NCBI GenBank assembly: GCA_020627965.1
Contig: JAHDFX010000005.1
Location: 219 to 64,218, forward strand
Direction: 5' to 3'
Source of the DNA: Saprospiraceae bacterium
GTDB taxonomy: Bacteria > Bacteroidota > Bacteroidia > Chitinophagales > Saprospiraceae
Length of the DNA: 64,000 nucleotides
Made by a program: the position numbers and the translations under genes. Of this stretch, positions 56,290 through 64,000 are shown in pieces (positions within the stretch are counted from its first letter, which is position 1; every line of letters begins with the position of its first letter). The notes below the pieces were generated by a model, which was not told the DNA's origin, did not search any database, and saw only the letters and a list, made by a program, of their open reading frames with translations.

Positions 56290-56652
56290 CTTGGATTATT
56301 TTTTAATTAATAAGTTAAAATTAAAGCAAATAAACACCTGAATATCAATATGTTTAAAACATCATGCTATTTGCAACTTGTCTTGTACCCGACATTTTCA
56401 CAAAGACAAATTACACTTTTTTTACGTTTTACAATACTACATTCCCTTCTATATTTGTAGTACAAAACAGGTAATATTAAATGTTATCTGATTTCTGCCC
56501 CATATAAGCGCCTCAGTAGAAAAACATACCGCTTTAAAACATAAAGTCTTTGATAACTTACATTAAGTTGTATCAAAGCGACAAAAACTACACACACTTT
56601 ACTAACATGGGACAGATACTTATTGTATCATGCCCGAAAACTATTATTTACT

Positions 56653-57624
56653 ATGAAAATCATAACAAAATGTTGTGGGATTATTATGTTGCTCTTCTGG
56701 GCAAATTCAAGCCAGGCGCAATCACTAAGTATGCAAGTACTTAATGCACCATCCACAGATACACAACAATGTTTTTATGTACACATCAATTCAAGCCAGG
56801 TCGCTAATTCTATTATTATCACAGGAAATGAACAAAGCAGTTCTTGCGCAATGACATTAGGTTGTCCTGCCACTATCTGCTACGACAGGCCTCTATATCA
56901 GGCAAGAGAGGAATGGATAGAATGTGAAGTTAATTTAGGAAACAACGCTCTAATTGATGGTTGTATCGTAACTATTTGGCCTCGAATCGCAGAAGAAGCT
57001 CCGAATGAATGTGCAAACCTTGTCATTGTACCTAACTGCGGTTACTTGTCTCCTTGTCAGGCTGGCGAGGTATCACCAGGCAGCATTACACACTTAACAG
57101 TAGGAGTATTAGATGATGATGGCAATATGTCATACCTCGCGTGGTCTGGCACTATGGCAAATATATCCTGGTATACCAATGATAGTCCAGATCCTATTCA
57201 TACAGGAGCATGGATAGAGTATGACCCTAATGAAACTTATTATGTCAAAGTTGTTCTGTACAGGCGAGATGGTACCGAGATCCATTGCGGACAAGGGCAA
57301 TCGTGGGGATCATCCTTAGGTAGTCTTTCTATGTTCAGAACAGACACAAATCCACCAGTCAATTTATCCACATTATCCAATTATCCTAATCCTTTCTCTT
57401 CTAATACCGCTATTGCTTTTGAGCTAGAGGAGGACGTGCCGGTGACCTTACGGGTAATGAATATACAGGGAGAAGTTATTCAAACGCTGATTAATCAAAA
57501 ACCTATGGACAAAGGACATTATCAGTTTCTATTCAATGGGCAAAAATATCCTTCAGGTATCTATTATTTCTCTTTACAGGCTGGTAATTATACAGGTACA
57601 CATAAAATGAACATTATACATTAA
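56653..57624 (+). CDS. Cys-rich secreted protein with T9SS C-terminal sorting domain
   Basis: The ATG at 56653 gives a signal peptide ending in SSQAQ. The C-terminus NYPNPFSSNTAIAFEL...GIYYFSLQAG is a T9SS type-A CTD. Confidence 0.8.
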   Translation: MKIITKCCGIIMLLFWANSSQAQSLSMQVLNAPSTDTQQCFYVHINSSQVANSIIITGNEQSSSCAMTLGCPATICYDRPLYQAREEWIECEVNLGNNALIDGCIVTIWPRIAEEAPNECANLVIVPNCGYLSPCQAGEVSPGSITHLTVGVLDDDGNMSYLAWSGTMANISWYTNDSPDPIHTGAWIEYDPNETYYVKVVLYRRDGTEIHCGQGQSWGSSLGSLSMFRTDTNPPVNLSTLSNYPNPFSSNTAIAFELEEDVPVTLRVMNIQGEVIQTLINQKPMDKGHYQFLFNGQKYPSGIYYFSLQAGNYTGTHKMNIIH

Positions 57625-57824
57625 TATAAACAAAGGAATGACGCAAGAATAAAATGTACACTTATACTCGTCCTTTTCCATTCTAATTTTATTCATCCCT
57701 CATTCCTAAAAAGGCTGGATTATCATGGTGACGAAAACAATGATTTATTAAACTATTAGACTAATTATTAAACTGTACATCAATTATTAAACTACGAACG
57801 CAAGTTCAGACTAAAACAATGATT

Positions 57825-59438
57825 ATGAAACGTTATTTAGTTTTCCTTATGGGAATGATGCTGATATTGTCAGCATGCGAACAACAAACACTTCAAGACA
57901 CTATTTCTATTACTGAGCAAGAATTGACTCATCAAGAAGATGCGCATCTGCATGATGATACGTGTCCTTCAGAATGTTATATTGTGCCGGAGTATACGAA
58001 AGAAGTCACCATTAAATTACCATTCACCGATAAAGCAGTACCCGTTACTGTTGGTATTTATAAAGGATATGCTCTTTACCAGGGAGATATTATTTTAGGT
58101 ACTGAAGACGAAGTTGTCAATCGGGGTGTGGCTACTGATGGACGTAGATGGCCAAACTCTACTATCCCGTACACGATAGCTGCTGGTTTTAACTCAACAC
58201 AATTAAATCGTATTATGGATGCTGTTGAGCACATCAATGAAAACACGGTTTTATGCGTTGTTCCAAGAACCAATGAAGCTGACTATGTAGAGTTTATTCC
58301 AACTGGTGGCTGTGCATCATATATTGGTAGAAGAGGCGGAAAACAGACTATCTGGCTGTCTTCCTGTAGCTTTGGTAGCACAGTACATGAGGTTCTGCAT
58401 GCCTCAGGTATTTATCATGAACAGTCCAGAGAAGACCGTGATAATTACATTACTGTTAACTATCAAAACATATCGTCCTTTGCTGTAAACAATTTTAATA
58501 TTGCGCCGACATCTACATCTACTGACTATGGCCCATATGATTATGGCTCTATCATGCATTACGGTAATTTTGGTTTCTCCTCCAATGGGTTACCAACAAT
58601 TACCACTATTCCTCCAGGTATTCCTATCGGACAAAGAAATGGACTGAGTGCAGGTGATATTGCTACACTGGATGCTATGTATGAAGGCTGTGAAAGTAGC
58701 TGTGGCGGAGGTGGTGGTACAACTGCCTCAGGTTGTGGTGTCACTGTAAGTATTTCAGGCCTGAATGTTACTTTAACAGCTAATAACAACAGCAATAGCG
58801 GTATTATAAAAGTCCGCACGCCTAGCTGGAGTTGGTCACAAACTATGTGTAATGACTGGACAGGTAATAGCTGTACATCTGGTAAAACAGTGACCGTACC
58901 TGGCCCGGGAACTTATGTTGTCGATACTCAATTCGGCGGTGTTTGTACTTTTACGATTACTGTAGATGGCTCAGGCGGTGGTAGTGTTGACATGGATGGC
59001 GATGGTGTATGCAGTGATGTGGATTGCGATGACAATGATCCTAATGTTGGTGCACAACAAACACCTGGTACATCTTGTAATGATGGTAATCCAAACACCA
59101 TAAACGATGTTATCCAGGCAGACGGCTGTACTTGTCAGGGGCAGCCCATCGGCGGTTGTTCTAATCCAACTACTATTAACGAAAACTGTTCTGGTGCCAG
59201 CGTAGAAGTTTGCGACGGAGAAATTACCATCGACGTATCCAATAACAGCATTCGTCACATCACTATTAATGATGTAGATGCAGGCTGGGCTGTTGTAGAA
59301 TTGGTTTGTGCCAGCTGGAGCAATAGCTGTAACCCAGGTTCATACACCTATACTGTACCACAATCAGGGAATTATTCTGTTCAGTTTAACTACTATAGTT
59401 CACCTACTTGTGGAACAGGAGCATTCTTTGTTCAATAA
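57825..59438 (+). CDS. astacin-like (M12A) zinc metalloprotease lipoprotein, paralog 1
   Basis: HEVLHASGIYHEQSREDRD (58386..58442); Met-turn SIMHY; propeptide YQGDI; lipobox LILSAC. The start is aligned to paralog 2; an ATG also exists at 57819. Confidence 0.9.
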   Translation: MKRYLVFLMGMMLILSACEQQTLQDTISITEQELTHQEDAHLHDDTCPSECYIVPEYTKEVTIKLPFTDKAVPVTVGIYKGYALYQGDIILGTEDEVVNRGVATDGRRWPNSTIPYTIAAGFNSTQLNRIMDAVEHINENTVLCVVPRTNEADYVEFIPTGGCASYIGRRGGKQTIWLSSCSFGSTVHEVLHASGIYHEQSREDRDNYITVNYQNISSFAVNNFNIAPTSTSTDYGPYDYGSIMHYGNFGFSSNGLPTITTIPPGIPIGQRNGLSAGDIATLDAMYEGCESSCGGGGGTTASGCGVTVSISGLNVTLTANNNSNSGIIKVRTPSWSWSQTMCNDWTGNSCTSGKTVTVPGPGTYVVDTQFGGVCTFTITVDGSGGGSVDMDGDGVCSDVDCDDNDPNVGAQQTPGTSCNDGNPNTINDVIQADGCTCQGQPIGGCSNPTTINENCSGASVEVCDGEITIDVSNNSIRHITINDVDAGWAVVELVCASWSNSCNPGSYTYTVPQSGNYSVQFNYYSSPTCGTGAFFVQ

Positions 59439-59470
59439 TATAAAACTTGTTCTATCCCTATCCCCTTCAT

Positions 59471-59503
59471 CTACCAGTGGCATCAAACAGATGCCACTGG
59501 TAG
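59471..59503 (+). terminator. 14-bp perfect hairpin after astacin paralog 1
   Basis: CTACCAGTGGCATC / GATGCCACTGGTAG with a 5-nt loop. There is no strong T-run. Confidence 0.5.
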
Positions 59504-59577
59504 AAATTCTATTAATCTTTATGATCCTATAGTAAAATTACGCCCGGATCAAACTACACCTAACCAATACTATTATT

Positions 59578-61197
59578 ATGAAACGTTATTTTCTTTTCCT
59601 TACAGGAATGATGCTAATCCTGTCGGCATGTGAACAACAAACACTTCAGGATACTATTACTATCAACGAACAACAAGAACTAACAGGTACTCATTTACAT
59701 GACGGAACCTGTTCTTACGAATGTTATGTTGAGCCGGATTATACAAAGGAAGTCAACATAAAGTTACCCTTTACAAATAAGGCAATATCTGTAACTGTAG
59801 ATGTTGCAGATGGGCTTGTCTTTTATCAGGGAGATATTATTCTGGGTACAGAAGATGACATTATTAATCGTGGCGTAGGTAAAGATAGTGACAGATGGCC
59901 CAATTCTACTATCCCTTATGTCATTGCCACTGGCTTTAGTGCTAATCAATTAAATCGTATCCTCAACGCCATTGACCATGTAAATGAAAACTCTCCTTTA
60001 TGTGTTGTTCCCCGAACAAATGAGGTTGGCTATGTAGAATTTAAACCTTCTGACCGTTGTGCTTCATATATTGGTATGAGAGGCAACAAACAATCTATTT
60101 TACTGTCATCCGGTTGTAGTTTTGGTACTACAGTACACGAAATACTTCATGCATCAGGTATTTATCATGAACAGGCACGTGAAGATCGTGATAATTATGT
60201 AAATATTCATTATCCAAATATTCGACCTGGTTATGAGCATAATTTTAATATAGCTCCTACCGCTACCGCATCTGATTATGGTGCTTACGATTATGGCTCT
60301 ATTATGCATTATGGTACCAACTATTTTTCTTCTAATGGACAAGCAACGATTACAACAATACCTCTAGGGATTCCTATTGGACAAAGAGATGGCTTAAGTG
60401 ATGGAGATATTGCTACATTAGAAGCTATGTACAATGGATGTAATGGCTGTGGTGGCGGTGGAGGTACAACCGCTTCTGGCTGTGATATATCAATAAGTAT
60501 TTCCGGACTCAATATTACCTTGACCTCTCAAAATTTTGATGACAATGGTATTGTGAAAATCAGAACATCTAACTGGACTTTTTCTGAAATATTGTGCAAT
60601 GACTGGACAGGTGATTATTGTACATCAGGGAAATCAGTGACTGTACCCGCTCCGGGAACTTATGTAGTCGATGTTCAAGATGGAGGAGGATGCATCTTTA
60701 CGATCAATGTTACTGGAACCGGAGGTGGTGGTGCTAACGATAATGACAGCGATGGCGTATGCAGCGATGTAGATTGTGATGATAATGATCCAAATGTAGG
60801 TGCACAACAAACACCAGGCACAGCTTGTGATGACGGTCTTGCCAGCACGACTAATGATGTCATTCAGGCAGATGGCTGTACTTGTCAGGGACAGTCTGTT
60901 ACCTGCAATAATTTTGTGCCTGTTAATGAGAATTGCTCTGGTGTTGGAGTAGAGATTTGTGGTGACAAAATAAGAGTTAATGTATCTGGTAATAATTTAA
61001 GCCACATTACGATCAATGATGTAGATGCAGGCTGGGCAGTCGTTAATTTGGTTTGTGCCAATTGGAGTAATAACTGCGATCCTGGTTTTTACACTTATAC
61101 AGTGCCGCAATCCGGTAATTATTCTGTTCAGTTCCATTATTCTAATTTGCCTACTTGTGGAACACCACCATTCTATGTTGATGATAATACTATGTGA
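59578..61197 (+). CDS. astacin-like (M12A) zinc metalloprotease lipoprotein, paralog 2
   Basis: HEILHASGIYHEQAREDRD (60136..60192); SIMHY; FYQGDI; lipobox LILSAC. Collinear with paralog 1. Confidence 0.9.
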   Translation: MKRYFLFLTGMMLILSACEQQTLQDTITINEQQELTGTHLHDGTCSYECYVEPDYTKEVNIKLPFTNKAISVTVDVADGLVFYQGDIILGTEDDIINRGVGKDSDRWPNSTIPYVIATGFSANQLNRILNAIDHVNENSPLCVVPRTNEVGYVEFKPSDRCASYIGMRGNKQSILLSSGCSFGTTVHEILHASGIYHEQAREDRDNYVNIHYPNIRPGYEHNFNIAPTATASDYGAYDYGSIMHYGTNYFSSNGQATITTIPLGIPIGQRDGLSDGDIATLEAMYNGCNGCGGGGGTTASGCDISISISGLNITLTSQNFDDNGIVKIRTSNWTFSEILCNDWTGDYCTSGKSVTVPAPGTYVVDVQDGGGCIFTINVTGTGGGGANDNDSDGVCSDVDCDDNDPNVGAQQTPGTACDDGLASTTNDVIQADGCTCQGQSVTCNNFVPVNENCSGVGVEICGDKIRVNVSGNNLSHITINDVDAGWAVVNLVCANWSNNCDPGFYTYTVPQSGNYSVQFHYSNLPTCGTPPFYVDDNTM

Positions 61198-61230
61198 TAA
61201 AATTTTAGAATTTCTCATTATCTTAAAACA

Positions 61231-64000
61231 ATGATTATGTTATACAAAAAGCACCTTACAAACAAATTAAACTATGCTCATATTTTATGCCTGATACTCC
61301 TTACAGGCCTAATACCATGCCTTTCAGTGGCACAATGCCTGACCGACAAAACAGCAGGCAGCAATCAGGCAGATATTGATGCGCTTGATGCAGCTTATAA
61401 CAATCCCAGTCCATACACTTACAGTAGTATGATGAGTGTCAATGATGCCGGGCAATTTCAAAGTCTTCAGGGCGAACCCAATCCAATTCGCCACCTGACC
61501 AATAATATGCGGGCTTTTCATGCTATGGATTATGATTTTAATAATAATCTTGTTTTCAACGTCTCGTTATATCCCAATATCACCAAACCAAAAGATGTAA
61601 ATGGTATTCCTCCATATCTCGATATTGGCAGTTATGGTAATTTTGCCAACGAAGGCATGACCAATATTAGTGCAGCTACAGAAATTCTAAACAGAAAACT
61701 AAGTACAACCCCTGGTCATGAATTAAGCTGGAAAGAAAAAATATGGCAGGAATCCGACTGGTGGCCAGCTTCATCAGGGCTATCTATTACTGCTGGTATC
61801 CGTGAATCCTACAAACGCTATACAGAACGCTTTATTGATGTATTAGCGCCACAAAATGGCACCCAATATATAGACATTTATCAGGTTGGGAACGAACTTT
61901 GGGATTACCCTTACGAGGAAGACTATCATGCCATGCTGGAAGGTGCTTACAGTGCTTTTGTGAATAAATATGGATCTAATCCAGCCAATTGGAAAATGAA
62001 ATTCATGCCAGGCTCTTTTCAGGCTGCCGAAATTGATAATACCTGTCCGACTCAACAACGAAACAATTCGAACTGTGGCGGTTCTCCCAGCCAATTATTC
62101 AATCAAATAGGAGATTATCTGGATGTCTCCAATTGCAATATTTTGCAAAACATGTATGCCATTAATACTCATGCCTACCCCTTTGGCGAGGGAACACTTG
62201 ATTATGTCCATCCTGAAAAACCGAATAATGAATTTCTCAATTTTAAAGCGGCTGTTGCTTTCCGTGATGCCAATCCTATTCTAAATGGGAAAGGTGTATG
62301 GCTTACTGAAACTGGCTATGATTCACATAATATAGGTCAACTTCCTGACGGGAGTGGCCCGGCAGTAGGTGTGGGCGAACTGAGTCAGGCTGCTATGTTA
62401 CTGAGAGCATTTATGCTGACAAGCCGTTATCATTTGGAAAGAGTGGATTTTTATATGGGATTTGATAATACAGGTTTCGATCAGGAATGGTATGGAGGGC
62501 GTTATGGTAGCTCCGGTTTCTGGCGACTAAGCGATCAGTCTATATGCACTTATCGTTCTGCTCGCCCTTCCTGCGGTGCCAAACCCAAACCAGCTTTCTT
62601 TACCTTCAGGGATTTTCTTGACAAATTAGGCAATAAAGTCTTTCGGGAAGCCGTCGCAGAAGACAATAATCTCCATGCCTATATTATTGCTGATGCCAAT
62701 GGCAGTAATCCTTATCTTGTTTTCTGGAGCCCCACGGCTACAACGGATAATAATGTTTTCAACACAATTAATGTTAATAAAGCCGTCAACCTTCCTGCTG
62801 GTTATAAAGTAGCCACAACTTCCGCAACACCCTTCTCTACAACTGGAAATGAGACTAGTGAGCCTTTTAATGCCTTTACAGCTTCTTCTTTTTCCAATGC
62901 AGTCAGTGGTACAGGAGCAGGCTCCACAACCATATTGAAAACAAGAAGAATGCCTTCTTATATCAAATTGGAAGCAGCTTCAGGCAATAATCTTTCTTTT
63001 ACTTTTTGCCCAAATAATGTTACAGTTACCGCAGCACAGGGAGCCAATGGCAGAACAGTATCATGGACAAGCCCCAGCGCAGAAACTTCCTGTACTACGG
63101 GAGGAGGATGCTCAGGAACAAATATCAGTGGTTTCAACTATCTGGGCGAACATAATGGTAGCGACTATTACATATCTCAGTCGATAGATAATTGGTCTGA
63201 CGCCAAAATAACTTGTGAAAATAATGGAGGGCATCTGGCCGCTATCAATTCACAGGCAGAACAGAATTTTATTTTAAGCAATATCAATCAAGCCGTATTG
63301 ATAGGCATACATGATAGTGATAATAACAGCAGCCTGGAATGGGTAACAGGAGAATCGGTATCGTATACAAATTGGGAACCTGGTCAGCCTAACTTAAATG
63401 GCTCAAATCGTTATGGTTTAATGGATTATTGGGCGGCAACCCCCGGACAATGGGAGATTGCTAATTTCTGGACTGCAAAACCTTTCATTATGGAAGTACC
63501 TTGCAGTGGTGGAGGCGGAAGTAGCTCCCCTACTATTACTCAAACTCAGGGACAATCCAGCGGTTCATACTTCGGCATAGGCACCAACACCATTGCATAC
63601 ACGGCTACAGATAATTGTGGCAATACAGCTAATTGTAGCTTCACAGTCACTGTAAATCCTAGTCAGCAAACTAATTTATCATTGAATTGTCCAGGCAATC
63701 TTACGCTTACAGCTCCAGCAGGCGCAAATGGAAGAATTGTAAATTGGTCTACTCCCTCGGCTACTACTACTTGTAATGGAAATGCCAGTATCACTCAAAC
63801 TGGCGGCGCTTCTAGTGGAAGCTATTTCTCCATAGGTACTTATTTTATCAGTTATCAGGCAACGGATAATTGTGGCAATCAGAAAACTTGTCAGTTTGTT
63901 ATTACCGTAGAAGACGGAGGCGGAGGTTGTGATGGCTCAAGTATCAGCGGATTCAATTATATTGGTGAACATAATGGCAGCGACTACTATATATCAACTT
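61231..64000 (+). CDS. large secreted GH clan-A-like / HYR / C-type lectin multidomain protein (3' end outside the window)
   Basis: I translated this open frame from the ATG at 61231 to the window end with no stops (it is not in the supplied ORF track). Signal peptide; QVGNELW (NE at 61891..61896) and VWLTETGYD (E at 62308..62310); HYR-like CP..V.W..P..TDNCGN..C.F.V.V; CTLD-like WSDAKITCENNGGHLAAINSQAEQNF..WEPGQPN. Confidence 0.8.
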   Translation, partial: MIMLYKKHLTNKLNYAHILCLILLTGLIPCLSVAQCLTDKTAGSNQADIDALDAAYNNPSPYTYSSMMSVNDAGQFQSLQGEPNPIRHLTNNMRAFHAMDYDFNNNLVFNVSLYPNITKPKDVNGIPPYLDIGSYGNFANEGMTNISAATEILNRKLSTTPGHELSWKEKIWQESDWWPASSGLSITAGIRESYKRYTERFIDVLAPQNGTQYIDIYQVGNELWDYPYEEDYHAMLEGAYSAFVNKYGSNPANWKMKFMPGSFQAAEIDNTCPTQQRNNSNCGGSPSQLFNQIGDYLDVSNCNILQNMYAINTHAYPFGEGTLDYVHPEKPNNEFLNFKAAVAFRDANPILNGKGVWLTETGYDSHNIGQLPDGSGPAVGVGELSQAAMLLRAFMLTSRYHLERVDFYMGFDNTGFDQEWYGGRYGSSGFWRLSDQSICTYRSARPSCGAKPKPAFFTFRDFLDKLGNKVFREAVAEDNNLHAYIIADANGSNPYLVFWSPTATTDNNVFNTINVNKAVNLPAGYKVATTSATPFSTTGNETSEPFNAFTASSFSNAVSGTGAGSTTILKTRRMPSYIKLEAASGNNLSFTFCPNNVTVTAAQGANGRTVSWTSPSAETSCTTGGGCSGTNISGFNYLGEHNGSDYYISQSIDNWSDAKITCENNGGHLAAINSQAEQNFILSNINQAVLIGIHDSDNNSSLEWVTGESVSYTNWEPGQPNLNGSNRYGLMDYWAATPGQWEIANFWTAKPFIMEVPCSGGGGSSSPTITQTQGQSSGSYFGIGTNTIAYTATDNCGNTANCSFTVTVNPSQQTNLSLNCPGNLTLTAPAGANGRIVNWSTPSATTTCNGNASITQTGGASSGSYFSIGTYFISYQATDNCGNQKTCQFVITVEDGGGGCDGSSISGFNYIGEHNGSDYYIST

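Noticed and set aside
56550-56744. 64-aa ORF and the N-terminal extension (56623) of the T9SS-CTD protein.
   Set aside because: A clean signal peptide begins at the Met at 56653, and the upstream extensions lack coding character.
57825-61197. Recent gene conversion between the two astacin paralogs.
   Set aside because: Stretches that are identical at the protein level carry multiple synonymous nucleotide differences.
63109-64000. Diversity-generating retroelement targeting the C-type lectin folds.
   Set aside because: There is no reverse transcriptase and no template/variable repeat pair in the window. The two lectin starts differ at scattered synonymous sites rather than by adenine-specific mutagenesis.

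Overview
This is a chromosomal segment from a Bacteroidota-type genome. The evidence is a gliding/T9SS core (gldJ, a porP/sprF-family gene, porU, porV), three proteins with T9SS C-terminal sorting domains, TAnnTTTG-type promoter boxes and many lipoproteins. About 55 protein genes are supported. Most are housekeeping or envelope functions: a rimK operon, split transketolase, DPP-IV, cytochrome c peroxidase, GDH, mtnA, murF, aroB, GH65 and a cyclophilin fusion. No rRNA, tRNA or CRISPR was seen by eye. Non-routine content: (1) A 1.4-kb AT-rich gene desert holds two tandem ~115-nt units, each with its own promoter-like box and intrinsic terminator; these are candidate novel sRNA or leaderless micropeptide genes. 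(2) A ~34-bp C-run/G-run palindromic repeat family has four copies: one in-frame inside a BatA_N-type gene, one forming the 5' end of another ORF, and one split by an IS. (3) A 1291-bp ISAs1-family IS has 27-bp TIRs, a 10-bp TSD and an A7 frameshift, and is nested in a palindromic intergenic element that interrupts a three-gene membrane operon. (4) That operon encodes a DUF4175-like protein with an extreme His-rich tract. (5) There is an HTH-fused MNT/HepT toxin-antitoxin pair. (6) A secreted-protein island contains two tandem astacin-like lipoprotein zymogens with an unassigned repeated C-terminal module, followed by a large GH clan-A/HYR/C-type-lectin protein in which a lectin domain appears nested inside a HYR domain. 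No complete, clearly new multi-gene system can be proven from sequence alone; the tandem sRNA-like units and the repeat/IS biology are the strongest leads.
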